Both the position numbers and the translations under genes were made by a program. Shown piece after piece: positions 14,039 through 27,303 of a stretch of DNA of 64,000 nucleotides; positions within the stretch are counted from its first letter, which is position 1; each line of letters opens with the position of its first letter. The DNA is from Octopus sinensis. Lineage: Eukaryota. The DNA lies in the NCBI RefSeq assembly GCF_006345805.1, contig NC_043016.1:25358001-25422000 (forward strand), in the 5' to 3' direction. The notes under the pieces were generated by a model. The model ran no database searches, was not told the origin of the DNA, and worked only from the letters and a program-made list of their open reading frames with translations.

Positions 14039-16701
14039 CTGTCTGTTCTCTTGACCAGTAACAACAAACAAATCATGTTCAAGTCACATAGTCATTAAAA
14101 AACTCAAGAGATATATACATATAACAATCTAAGATATACTGTCTGAATTGAAGATGAAATTGTCAAGGCTGCAGTGCCTTCAATCATACATCTACTCATT
14201 CAAGCCAGATCTGGTAGAGTTAACTACTCTTTAAATTCCTGATAGGAGATTTTTTTTTCTTTTGGATTCATCTTCTTCATTCTCTCCTTTCCAGTATCCT
14301 CTATAAGCTGCATACCTATATTCTTGATGAACATTGCAGCACTTGTTCTGATGGTTGTGACAGTATGGGATATATGAATTTATGGTTGAGATGTTTAGGA
14401 AGATGGAGAGATCAAGGGGTTAGATGTGACTGTTATGTGTCTTACTATCCTCTTATCTAGTTGGGTTGCACATACTGGACAATACCAGCTGTTATGTTAT
14501 TCCAAGAATTTTTTTTTCTATTGTGGTGTATGCTGCTGAAGATCTTTAATTTTTATCAAACTCTGTCATTTTATTCTACTTAATTTATGAAACATACTAT
14601 CATATATATCTCTGTTCCTCATAAATATCAGCTTTGTTGTTTTCCTCTCTCAATTCCCACTACATTCAGGCTGCATCATCATTAGTTAGAACGTGGTCAC
14701 AAGAATGTTTACAGACAATGAAAAATATAACGTAACAGTTGCCAAGTTTCTAAGTTTTAGAGCTACAGATCTGGTCAAGCACTACCAAAACATTCATAGA
14801 TAATTTGAATCAACCATTGGACTGGTTTAATATATATTCTTTAATATATATTTCATTTTTCATTACATGGTAAATTTTTACATCAGGCATTCTATGTTTA
14901 TGTTCAGTGGCTGACTGGCTAGTTTCTTAGGCTATTTTATTGCCTTGAGGAATAGTTGCCCACTGAAGGTTGCTAGCATCTCACATCTCATCAGTTGTCA
15001 AACTCTGATGAGGGAAAAGAATTCTTTTTCATCACAACTGTACAGGTTAACAAGAATCAATCTACTACAATGGTAATTATCAGTATTCGGCCAAAAGATG
15101 CATTCATCTCTACTGTGTTGGTATTTCTTATTTTGCTCTTCTCAGTATAATTCTTGTCTCTTCTTATTAAGAATATTTTTTCTCAGCCAACAATTCATCC
15201 TGGACTTTAGCCATGATAAATTACTGAAAGCCAAAAGTTGCTATGTTGTTATGTATTTAATTCTTGGTCTGTTTCTTCTCTAAATCTATAATATTACATT
15301 CTGTTATCTTTTGCTGATCAACTATTATGTTTTGTTTGATCTGTTGGGTGTCTTTGTGATGGATTATCAGGCTTAATTCATTATAGGGTCAGGAATATGT
15401 TGAATCTCTGTCACAAAGCCTTGAGTTATTTGCTGCCAACTTAAGAATTTAAGGTAATTTAGAAGGTCATAGTTGTTCCTATGGAAGTGACAACAAACTG
15501 CACGAGGGCATTATTGGGCCAATTTCTCATATAAATAGGAGTAAGGACTGCAAGTCTCAACACTTTGTGTCATGAAAATATTGTACCCCACCTCCTTCCC
15601 CTCTCCTCATGAAGATATGAGCCCCACATATTTTTTATCAATTCCAAACTAAAGTTTTAGCATAATTTTCAATCATCATGTTATGGTATTTATTTTCATC
15701 TGTCTAAACAAGTCCTTCATCCTCAGAAACATCAGGAGAGCTAATCCGCATGTGACCCCATTTACTCACTCAAGAACAAGACAATGAAGAAATTAAAATA
15801 AAGAAAAAAGAAAAAGTATATATATATATATATATACACATGTACATGCACCCCTATGCACACACACACATACCAAGAAGAACATCATACTCCTTGACCT
15901 TCCCCTTCTGCAAAACAAAAAAAAAAAAGTAATTTAATGCCATTTCTTTGTTATTAAGTTATATCAATGTTTGATGAATCTCGAATTGTTGATATCAGAA
16001 AAAAAAAAAAAAAGATAAAGATTTCCCGACTACTCCCAAATTTGATCCCTCTCCCCTCCGTTTTACCATACTTATTCTTGATGTTTTAGATATGTACATT
16101 TACATGATATTAACTTCACACCAATGTAGTTCACTGATTTTGTAAGGACGAGATAAATTACATATTTATAAAGTTATTACATTTGTTCAAAGAATTTTGA
16201 AATTTTTAAATATATATGTAATTATTTTTTTAATAAAATTTATTATCGAATTCTATATTTTGTTAATCTCATTTGCAACATAAATCTTGTTTGACATTTT
16301 TAATTATATTACTACTGATCAATGTACTTTAAGTTCAAATCTAAGTCAGAGAGAGAGAGAGAGAGAATTCACTTGTCATTTAATTTAAAGAAAACTACTG
16401 AATTATTTTCATTTTATTTTATGTTATAATCCATGCACAGTTATAACTGTGGGGCTAAGAAACTTACTTTGCAACCATGTGGTTTTGGGTCCAGCCCTAC
16501 GGTGCAGTATCTTGGGCAAGTGCCTTCTATAGCTCCAGACTGACCAATGCCTTGTGAGTGAATTTGGTTAGATAAAAACTGTGGAAGCTAGTCGTGTATG
16601 TTTATGTGTGTATAATAATAATAATAATAATATTAGGGAATATAATTCAATTTGGTTTATGTCTATCATTGTTTGAATTACATAATAGTGGTTTTTCTCT
16701 A

Positions 16702-16788
<87 letters not shown>

Positions 16789-16800
16789 AATTAGTAAATA

Positions 16801-17212
16801 AATGGCACAACAAAGTACCGATATTTACTGGAAATAGCGAACGTAAAAATACGACGCTAAAGTGTAGCTTCACCGCGTATGTATTAGTAAAAATGCGTGT
16901 GTGCAACAAAATAGAGAAAAAAAACCGTCTTACCTCCAGGGAGAACATCTGAAAGATGAAACACCCGGAAAATGGATAATGTGGTACCTGCAGGTTTCAG
17001 GTTTTGCAAGATATGTCTCTCACCCATATTTGCTTTACCTTCTTCAGCCAAACATATACCAAGACGAAACTACGATGTTACCACATAAATACTAACACAC
17101 TCGACTGAAATACGGAACGCTAACAGTACGAGAAACGGTGAAGAAGTTTCAAAATATCAGTAATGCAATACAAAGTATTGCCTTCCAGTAAAAAGTAGCC
17201 CGTGAGGGAAAA
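16801..17212 (-). promoter_or_regulatory. CpG-rich promoter/first-exon-like segment flanked by 19-bp direct repeats
   Basis: About 18 CpG in 412 bp by hand count; minus-strand donors gaag|gtaaag (~17039) and ATGTTCTCCCTGGAG|gtaaga (16948-16934); acceptor catctttcag|; flanked by atacacaaattagtaaata at 16782-16800 and 17213-17231. Confidence 0.5.
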
Positions 17213-17599
17213 ATACACAAATTAGTAAATATATTATATACATACATACACGCACATATATTTCAAATTTACAGAAAACAAAAGACGAAGACAGGTAAGG
17301 GAACTACAAGCAGGTGTTTGACACCCAGAAAGAATGGAAAAATCTTTGGCGTTTCAGGCCGACGCTCTTTGACAGAAAGGGATAAGAAGAAAAAAAATTG
17401 GAGAGAGAAAAGAAAATGTGTTGAGATTAACGGTTTAACATGGTGAAATAACTCGAAGAAAAAAGGGGGGGGGGGCTGAGTGAAAGGAAGATAATAACAA
17501 TGACCTGGCTGAACTGGGGTGTGCAGGTATGTGTGAAAGAATGGGGTGAGTGTATATGTATGAATGGGGGTGAGCTTAAAATTATGTGAGCCTGTGTGT

Positions 17600-18965
17600 A
17601 ATAATAATAAAAATATATGCCCTGATGCAATACCAGGCTGTGATTTGTGGCTTCTGATCTTAACTGATTGGAAATGTTATGAACATATTTTGTATTGGTA
17701 TAAAAGACGAGCTACAGCAAATACAAGGGGCTACCCCATAGTAACCGGAAACATTCTCTGCAGGACTAACCCATTGTAGTTCAGGCTTCTGCTGCTAGAA
17801 GCTACTTGATGCGTCCCTCAGGCATCAGTCTGCTGACTGGTGTTGTTCAGTGGTGTCATTATACCATGTGGTGCATATTTGTTTTGTAGTGCTTCTCTTC
17901 TGTTTGAGGATTTTTGCTATTGCTGAAAGAAAGGAACGGCGTGCTTCTCTGAAATTCTGTTTTCTGTTGGTAAAAATGGTGGCCAAAACACTTGTCATGC
18001 TTCAAACGACTTACAGGATGCTGCCATGAGCAAAACACAAGTTTACGAGTGGTTTCCATGCTTTAAGAATGGTCATTTGTTTGAAGACCAACCTCGTTCA
18101 GGATGACCATCAACCCACCGAACGAAAGAAAACATCATGAAATTGACAAACTTGTTTATATGACTGGTGTGTCCTGGAGCTCCTTCTAATGAATTTTGAG
18201 CAAGGAATTGTGACTAAAAAGAGTTGCAGCAAAATTTGTGCCACCCTTGCTCACAGATGAAAAGCAGTCATAACCGAATGTGTGTCCTGAATTGAAAGAA
18301 CAGTTGGGAGTTTATCTGGACCTTTTTTCAAAGGTATTCACTGGTGCTACAGAATTTGCAGATGTGGAAGAGGTGAAGAAAAAAACAGAGGAGGTGTTAA
18401 AAGGCATTAATTTGCAAGAGTTCCAGCATTGCTTCGAATAGTGGAAAACCCACCTAGACTGATACATTACTTCAAATGGAGAATACTTTGAAGATATAAG
18501 TGTAAACATGTAAATCTAAGTGAATAAAATGATACTGCAAAATTCCAGTTACTTTTGGGTACCCCCTTGCATTCTACTCAATACCACAGATTTACTTGTC
18601 AGTTCCTTGACCATAACTAGCTGAGCATGACCCTTACTGGTTGATGATATGTGCATCTCTGATCATGAGCAGGAGTAGTGGGGGGATTCTTTGGGGTTTG
18701 AATAATTCACTCCCGGAAACATTTTAAGGATGTTTTGTTCAACATCCTTAAACAACCTTTTGAGCAGGCTGGGCTACTCAACCTGAAGAAAATTCTGAGT
18801 CCTGCCTGCAAGGGCATGCGTTTTTTTAAAAATCTTAATATGTGATGCATGTGCCTAGTGTACCCTTATCAGACTGGTTGTCAAAATGGGTATATTGGGC
18901 TTTGTATATTTGTACCCCAGTGTCACTTTGATGACATGCACAGCTCTCTCACTCAATAATAATAA
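17600..18965 (+). mobile_element. (TAA)n-bounded interspersed repeat (possibly R4/Dong-related), split by a mariner
   Basis: Starts after (TAA)n at ~17600, resumes at ~18572 and ends ctctctcactcaataataataat; family assignment from recall, not searched. Confidence 0.5.
17724..18569 (+). mobile_element. Internally deleted mariner (DD34D-type) DNA transposon
   Basis: TIRs caaggggctaccccatagtaaccggaa / ttccagttacttttgggtacccccttg, TA target (right copy CA); peptides KFCFLL..AMSKTQVYEWF.CFKNG..FEDQPRSG, KRVAAKFVP.LLT..KVFTG, FADVEEVK..CFE*WK..NGEYFED. Confidence 0.9.
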
Positions 18966-19089
18966 TAATGAATACTTCGAAATCAAATCCTGATTCCATT
19001 AACCCTATATATTAATTACGGAAGGTAGTTTCCCGAAGGCTTCAAGGGAAATAATTCCTTATTTTATTATTTCCCTTACATAAGTGTAT

Positions 19090-19185
<96 letters not shown>

Positions 19186-19473
19186 ATATATAATGTGGTA
19201 ATGCTTGTTATGTAACACATAGGAAAAGGGAAGCAAGTTGACATTCTGCTTCCATCAGAAAAACGGTGAAAAGATAACGTGCATAGTATTCTGCGTTTGT
19301 TTTAACTAATATTTTTTACTTTTTCAAATTACAGAACACAATATAAAATGCAACTTTTTTTTTTATTTTAAAAATAGCTGTATGATATGAACATGTCAAT
19401 TTGATTCAAATATCTATGTGACAGAAAATTTTGGTTATAGTTTCCCAGCCAGAAACATCATCGCACACCCCTA

Positions 19474-19513
<40 letters not shown>

Positions 19514-19527
19514 TTATGTATATTATG

Positions 19528-19600
<73 letters not shown>

Positions 19601-19614
19601 GTATATGCATGTGT

Positions 19615-19805
19615 ATATCATCATCATCATCATCATTTAACATCCGTTCTCCATGCTAGCATGGGTTGGACGGTTCGACCGGGGATCTGGGAAGCCAGAA
19701 GGCTGCACCAGGCTCCGGTCTTATCTGGCATGTGTTTCTACAGCTGGATGCCCTTCCTAACGCCAACCACTCCGTGAGTGTATGGGTGCTTTTTACGTGC
19801 CACCT
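19615..19805 (-). mobile_element. RTE-tail repeat with (GAT)n tail
   Basis: catcatcatttaacatccgttctccatgctagcatgggttggacggttcgaccggggatctggg; near-identical copies at 20428-20608 and 61712-61890. Confidence 0.8.
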
Positions 19806-20427
19806 ATTCTCTAAAGATGAGATTAATATGGCCTGAACAACTGGGTGTACATGAAGTGAGTGAGATAGAGAGAGTGAGAGGGAGAAAAAAGGTTCTGTGT
19901 GTGTTGAAAATTCTTGTGGTAATAACATTTTGGTTTTGTAATCGACATATTTTCAAATTTTTGAAAGCAATTTGTTTTTAAGTAGGATTTTTTTTTACTG
20001 AAATATATTAAAAACATCTATATATATAAAAGGTAATTTTTTATCAACTTTGTGATTACCAACCGAAATCAATACTAAGTGAACTAATAGCTGTTTTAAT
20101 TCATCACTGGACTTAGGTACAGCTTTCTCTCCTTTTCTCACACCAACCTAGGAACCCTGAAAGAGGATTGTGGATGCTGCCTTTTCAACCCTGACTAAGC
20201 AATTATAAAATAACAGTGTAACTGGTATAAATATTGCTTCATAAGAAATCAATTGATTGAAAACAATGATTACACAAATATAAATTTAATTCATACATCT
20301 CTTAACCATTAACGAGCACTTAATTACACTGAAAAACGTAAATATCAATTTCATGGCAGAACAGCACACATACTAATATCTTATGAACAACATGAAATGT
20401 AATCCTTACAATCAGAGACATTATCTA

Positions 20428-20608
20428 TCATCATCATCGTTTAGCGTCCGTTTTCCATGCTAGCATGGGTTGGACGGTTCGACCGGGGATCTGGGAAGCC
20501 AGAAAGCCGCACCAGGCTCCAGTCTGATCTGGCAGTGTTTCTACAGCTGGATGCCCTTCCTAATGCCAACCACTCCGTGAGTGTAGTGGGTGCTTTTTAC
20601 GTGCCACC
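20428..20608 (-). mobile_element. RTE-tail repeat copy
   Basis: Same sequence as 19615-19805. Confidence 0.8.
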
Positions 20609-22201
20609 TAAATACTTCAGATCCCACCTACACCCCACTATGGAGTACTATTGTCATATTTAAGACAGGAAATTCTCTTCTGACCACAGACAGCCAAAAC
20701 TTCTTTGCAATAAATGGTAAGTTTGTTCAGTTGCCATGCTGAGTGTACACCCCAAAACCCATTAGTTGCACTTCTGTTAATCCCAGTGACACAGTGCTAC
20801 ATATCTCCTCTACAAGACTTTCCAGTTACCCATGCCTACCTCTCCCACCCAACCACTAACCTTTGAATCTTCAAATGAATATTTAGTCTCAGAACTCAAA
20901 AAGCTGTGGTACAGCTTATCCTAATCTTTTAGATACTATACAAAACCTAAACTCTAGGATCAGACCAAAAGTTGTGTAAGTGTTTGAATGGATTTTTTAA
21001 AAAAATCAATTAGAATAAACGTAATTTTGATGATGAATTTTACTTTTAATTCTTTTGGAGAGGGAGGACATTGTTTACACTAACCCCAGTGTGCAACTGG
21101 TACTTATTTTATTGACTCTGAAAGGATGAAAGGCAATCTCAACAGAATTTGAACTTAGAACATAAAACTGTAGGAAATGCTGCTAAGCATTTTCTCTGGC
21201 ATGCTAACAATTCTGCTAGTTCACCCTCATCCTTTAATTTTAATACACACCTGACACATAACATATACAGTAAATTTATATTTGATAAAACATTACATCA
21301 TAAGATCCCGAGAAGTAACACGAGTTACAATCCAGAGTCCTTACATCCTATTTGGAGGACTTAGTTTTGATTTTTGTGTGATGGTAGTGGTATCTACTTT
21401 TAAAAACTTGGTGGTTACATACTTTCTTCTTTTGAACTCGTCTACTACAAAAGTAATACCTATTTCTCATTACCAATTTTAATCTCTGCAAGAAAGAATT
21501 TTATTTCAAACACTTTCACACTATTATGGTCTCTATCCAGACAAATGTCTTGTAACACACTTTTCAGATAGATCATTAATCACATTTGTCTGACACCCTC
21601 CAATCTCTGAAGCCCTGCCCTTTCAGCAACATCCAGAGATAAAAGATAATACAAGTGAAATTCCTTTTATTAAAAAAAAAATAGTTAGTGTTAGCTGAAT
21701 ATGAACTATGTACAGCTTATCTCAAACACATAATATTACTAGCTTTAAAAAATACTAATAAAAAAAAGAAAAATTAGGACTAAAAATCTCAAAAAACATC
21801 TTGGAAAAAAACTGATAAATCCTTATAATGAATGACTAATAAATTGCATCACATTATTCTACAAATTATTATATACAAATACATGTTTATACATACATAT
21901 GAGCATATACAGGAATAGAGTTTTTTATACACAAGTATAGTTTAGAGAATACTATGATAGAACAGAACATGTTTATCCCTATATGCATCAAAACAAGATG
22001 AAGCAAAATATAAAAGTACATTATTGAAAAGACATTTAAAATACCTAAAATGTTGCATGTGCCATTCGTCATTGTGGTTTCTCATTTTGGTCTTGACCTC
22101 AACAGGAGACCTGGATCTAGTTCTATATATATATATATATATATTGATGTATATGCATGTGTATATATATATAATATATATATATATATTGATGTATATG
22201 C

Positions 22202-22261
<60 letters not shown>

Positions 22262-22381
22262 TATATCATGTATATATATATATATATATATTGATGTTAT
22301 GCATGTATATATATATATATATATATTGATGTATATGTATGTGTATATATATATGTATATTTATGTATGTGTATATATATA

Positions 22382-23670
22382 TTGGGCCAACATTCAGCAG
22401 ACTCTCTTGCTCCCATTCATTCTCTTTATTGAGCAACCCTTCATAGTGGCGTCTCCAAACCTCTCTCTTTGCAGCCTCATTTAGTGCAAGTGAATCATCA
22501 TCCATACGAACACATTTCTCTCCTACAACATCATGATTCTTTCTCACACACTGTCTTGCAACATGAAATACCTCAAGTCTTTGGTCCTCACGGTGCAGAA
22601 CATTGGCAAATTTTTTCTTATCTGCTTCCCCTCTGGCTAAATAAACCTGTCTCCTAGCTTCCCTTCTAGCAGTCTTGTACCATTCCCTGCTACCACTGTT
22701 CTTCCAGTCCCTCCAAGCCTGTTTCTTTTCTCTAATAGACCTGTCAACAACATTGTTCCACCACCACATTATTTTGGGTTGAGAGGGGACTTTGCCTCAT
22801 CCACAGATCTGGTCAGTGGGCCTCAGCAGGTTGTCCCGTAGAAACCTCCAGTTGTCTTCCACATCGTGTGAAGCTATATCCCCTTCTATTTTGTCAAAAA
22901 CTTTGAGTAATACATCTCTAAATCTCTGTCCATTCACAGGATCTTTAAGCTTCCAGACCCTTCTCCTCCGTGCTGGTCATCTTCTGGGCATCCATTTAAC
23001 CCTGATCCTGAAGTTGCTAACTCCTAGTCTATGTTGTGGGGTACGTTGTTCATCTAGGAAGGTTTTGGCATTTATAAGCAGCCATTTTCCCCTTTTTTTA
23101 GTGAGGATGTAGTCAATTGGGCTAGTGTGTCTGCCAGAACAGTAGGTGGCTAGGTGATTGGCAGGTTTCCTGAAGTTAATATTGCAAACCATGAGATCAT
23201 TTGCATCGCAGAACTCCAGCAGCCTGGTTCCCTCCTCATTGCGAGAACCAAAACCATAGCCTCCATGAACACCATGGAAGCCCCCTGCATGTTGTCCAAC
23301 ATATCCATTGAAGTCACCAGCCACAAAGAGAAGGTCCCTGTCATTCGTCAATGAAGTAGTCTGCAAGAGGGTGTCATAAAAGAAGTAGCCCTGACTGAGG
23401 GGCATAGGCTGAGATAATGGTTGCTAACCCATGATGAAGCACTAATCTAATCTTAAGTATTCTGTTGCATACTCTGACTACCTTGATTCCCTTATCAACT
23501 CATTTCTCTGCAAGAAGTATACCCATGCCCCTGACCCTATTAGTGTTCCCTGCCTAGAAAACCTTGTACCTGTGTTCTCTGCCTGTGAGGAACTTAGTGG
23601 AACCTCCTCTCCAGCTTACTTCTTGGAGGCAGCACAAATCGACACATTTCTGTTCAAGCATTTCAACTAG
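22382..23670 (-). pseudogene. RTE-clade LINE fragment: AP-endonuclease and linker, no RT
   Basis: VEMLEQKCVDLCCLQEVSWRGG; FVAGDFNGYVG..GFGSRNEEGTRLLEFC..NDLMVCN..IDYIL; WWWNNVVDRSIREKKQAW..WRRHYEGLLN. Confidence 0.9.
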
Positions 23671-23679
23671 CTTTATCTT

Positions 23680-24099
23680 GCTTTTCAGGTGATACCTGAA
23701 GTATAGCAGCATTCCATTGCCAGAGATAAAGGCTCCTGTCAGGATCCCTTGCATTCTAGTTCTCCATGCACACTCTTTCATTACTGTGACTGTACATAGA
23801 AAACAAGCCTCACCTTCTTTGGATAATCCGGTGGGCAGTACATTCTTAATCACAGACTCAGCTGATAGCTGTACTCTTCCTAGGTGTGACAGCATGTGTT
23901 CTACGTAAATTATCAACTCCGAAAATTGGGTACACTGTACAAGGGCATGCAGGATAGTTTCCTTCTAATGTTTACACCTTGGACATTCTGGTGGCACTGA
24001 CAATCTGTGCCTGGGCAATTTGTCATGAACAGGTAATGCATTCCTAAAACACTGCTAGGTCAGGGATCTTTGGTAATTATTCAAATAACCTGCCCTGAA
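23680..24099 (-). pseudogene. Tx1/L1 ORF2 C-terminal zinc-binding (zf-RVT-like) region
   Basis: FWNTFRAG..NALPVHDKL..CPRCKH*KETILHALVQC, the CxxC..ET..H..xxC motif. Confidence 0.8.
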
Positions 24100-24103
24100 A
24101 GTG

Positions 24104-24445
24104 TGTAAGAATTAGCACTTCCTTCTCTAAGCTTGGATTCGAAATCAAATCCAAGAATCATTGGTCGGCAAATACCAATGCACAAAAAGGCGCCAAATCA
24201 GAATCTCTTTGTTCTGAAAAAAATGATGGATCGTCTCCCTTCGACCTCTGACCTGAGCAGTCAGGCGAAGTTTAACGAAACGACCAGCGACCTACTTAAC
24301 GATAACTCTCTTGCGATATATCTATTTTTTGTCAGAACAAAGAGATTCTGATTTGGCGCCTTTTTGTGCATTGGTATTTGCCGACCAATGATTCTTGGAT
24401 TTGATTTCGAATCCAAGCTTAGAGAAGGAAGTGCTAATTCTTACA
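24104..24445. mobile_element. 342-bp MITE with perfect 114-bp TIRs, TGT..ACA ends and 4-bp TSD AGTG (Ginger-like)
   Basis: 24104-24217 is the exact reverse complement of 24332-24445; AGTG at 24100-24103 and 24446-24449. Confidence 0.95.
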
Positions 24446-25007
24446 AGTGTTCCAAAACAGTTTGGAATAGCGGGTTCTCATTGGGTCCTAAAGTCTCTCC
24501 TAGTACGATGTCACTTTTGTACTCTACCAACCCATTATAAAATGTAGTGGCGGTATTCTTGCTGCTGGCCTTACCTGCCTTGTGAAATAGCACAAGTGCC
24601 CGTCGGCATTCCTTTTGCCATTCAGTTGTTTTTTGTCTTTTAATCAAACCGGGTGTTAATTCCTCAAGGGAGGATAGTCTTGGAAAGAGTTCCTCCATGA
24701 GCAAATTCCACACCTGACCACCATCCAGGTACAGCTAGAGATGCCTTAGTCTCAGTGCATGTTTGCACATCAATAACCAAGGCATTGCTAAGCCACCCTT
24801 TAGCAGTTCTTGACAGCGCACGGAGCGCCTCACAAGCGGTTTTCCCTTTCACAAAAAGCGGAAGAGAATTCACACCAGCTTGCATAGTCACGAATTGGGG
24901 CAAGGGACGATGGTCTAATGGTAGGTGATAACAGACACAGTAAACATCTGCACCACCTCTGCCCTTCCTTTCATGGAAGGTCCAGGTTAGCGCTTCTATC
25001 TTGTCCA

Positions 25008-25870
25008 TCACCTCACCCAAATTCTTCTCCGTCTGGGAGTCCAGACCAAACCAAACCAAACTCCAAGCAACTTAACAGGACCATCTGACCAGTGTCCTAC
25101 GATACTGGATGTTATTGACTTGCTACTCCAGGTACTGAGCTGCAATCCGATGGACTTATTCTTGTTAACTTTTGCTCCTGCCACTGCCTTGTATCTTCTG
25201 ATTGCCTCCAACACACGAAGTAGCTGAGTCATCTTGGATATGGTGATGGTAACATCATCCGCATATGCAAAGACACTCTTACCACATCTGATTTCAATAG
25301 GGATGCTTCCCAAATTCTCCAACTTCAGCAGTAATGGCTCGAGAGTCAGCACATACAGAAGCGAAGACAGGGGACATCCATGACGAACTGAACGTTTGAC
25401 CTCGAATGGTTCCGACAGGTAGCCATTCAATTGAACTGTGGATTTGATGCCACCATACATGGCCTTGATCCAATCAGGGAAATCTGGGCCTAGCCCAGCC
25501 GCCTCAAGAACTGCCTCCAGGTACTGATGGTCAACCCTATCATAAGCCTTACTTTGGTCTAAATGGACCAGAGCCCCACCTTTACCGGATACTTTACCCA
25601 CCCTGTCTAAGGTGTAGCATAAGAGATGAAGATTATCCTGGATTGACTTGCCAGGAATGGCACATGTTTGCACCTCCCCTACAAGTTTCTCCGTGACATG
25701 CATCAACCTTTATGCTAATACCTTGGCCAAAATCTTTAACTCTACATTTAGTAGAGTTATGGGCCTGAAGTTACTAATATGATACCCCTTGCTTGGGTCT
25801 TTTCTGACTAGCATCACTACTCCCCGTCTTACAGAGCTGGGAATTCTCCCATTCTGTTGCTAGTTCATGT
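25008..25870 (-). pseudogene. Tx1/L1 reverse transcriptase domain
   Basis: QTCAIPGKSIQDNL, LDQSKAYDRVDHQYL, VRHGCPLSSLLYVLTLEPLL, FAYADDVT. Confidence 0.92.
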
Positions 25871-26454
25871 ATATGCAAGCCAGCAAGTGTCCAAACAAGT
25901 CTGGCATACTACTGTAAAACTCATAGAGCAGACCATCCAACCCCGGCGACTTGTCCCGGATGCATTCGGCCAGCACCTCCTTGACTGCTGTGGCTGTAAT
26001 TGGCCCTTCACAACACCTTGCATCCTGAGAGTCACTGCCCGTTGGCCAGGAATTCCCTTAAGGGCTCCCCATGATCAAACACCTCGCTTGTCTCAAACAG
26101 CTGGGCGAAATGCTGGTGAAAGGCCTTCTGCATCTCTTCTTGTCCTTTGATTGTATGCCCCTGTTCATCAATTAAAGACTGTACAGAGCCTTCTCTGCCT
26201 CTCCAACTCTCCACATGACGGGCCCATCCGGCAACATTAATACCTTCTCTACCCACTGCACATAGCTTAGCCCTGACTCTGCCCTCTTCCTGTTTGGCTT
26301 GGAGATGACGGTGTAATACCATTCTCGCCACCAATACTCTGGATGCTGAGCCAGATGCCATGGTTTCCTCTAGTTCCTTAATTAACTGTCCCTTTTTTCT
26401 AGTCTTCTCTAAACTTAGCTCTCTACTAAATCTAAGAGACTCTGAACGAATGGT

Positions 26455-27303
26455 TCACTTGAGGGCACACCACCATCTATTATTCACGATGGCTTTGCAT
26501 AATGCCCTCTGAACTAACTCCTTAACCCGGGTACGGAAGACTTTACTAGTCAAAATAGACTTGTTCATCTTCCAATATCCTAGTTCCTGTTTATGGCACT
26601 TAGCCAGGTGTATCTCACACGTCACGAATTTGTGATCTGTGTCGGAGGTACAGTAAAAGTGTGGACAACTAACTATATGTTTATCCCTATTTCTTATAAT
26701 TATCCTATCTAAGTAAGACCTGAGCGAACCGTTGTTATTAGACCATGTCCACTGTGGAACGAGCGGTTCGTCAAGTCTGTACCGGTCTGCTAGGTTATAG
26801 TTTGCCAGTAGCTTTTTTAGGCCAGGACTTCCTTTTCTATTGTTTGAGCCTACATTATCCACTTGTGCATCGAGAAGAGTTTTGATGTTTCCTGTTAAAA
26901 CTACAGTTTTCGATGTTACTAGAAAGTTCTCCAGGTCTCGAAAAAAAACCGTTTGTCTATTCTCTTTTGGAGCATAGATTGCCACCAACCTGAAGGACTG
27001 CATACTCACGTGCATTGCATCTACGACGACCAGCCTACATTCTGGGTCTAGAAAGATTGTACTTATCTGTACATCCAAGCGTTTCTTGAACAGCACGACT
27101 ATGCCCCTGCTTCCTCCCTGACTAGGACAGATAAAGTTCTTGTAGTCATTTAGAAAAGACGAGAACGCCTGTGTTCTGTTCAGCTTGGACTCAGTCACAA
27201 CACATATGTCTAATTTTTGCAACCTGAGATCGTCTAGGAGGCATGTTTGCTTCCATTTCGATCCCAGGCCACGGGCATTTACACACCCTAACTTAATGTC
27301 CAT
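26455..27303 (-). pseudogene. Tx1/L1 ORF2 AP-endonuclease domain
   Basis: GCVNARGL..CVVTESK..GIVVLF..RLVAIYAP..WTWSN..RSYLDRI..SDTDHKFV..YWKMNKSIL. Confidence 0.92.

Noticed and set aside
24104-24445. Solo LTR interpretation of the TG..CA element
   Set aside because: Two-thirds of it is a perfect terminal inverted repeat, which LTRs do not have
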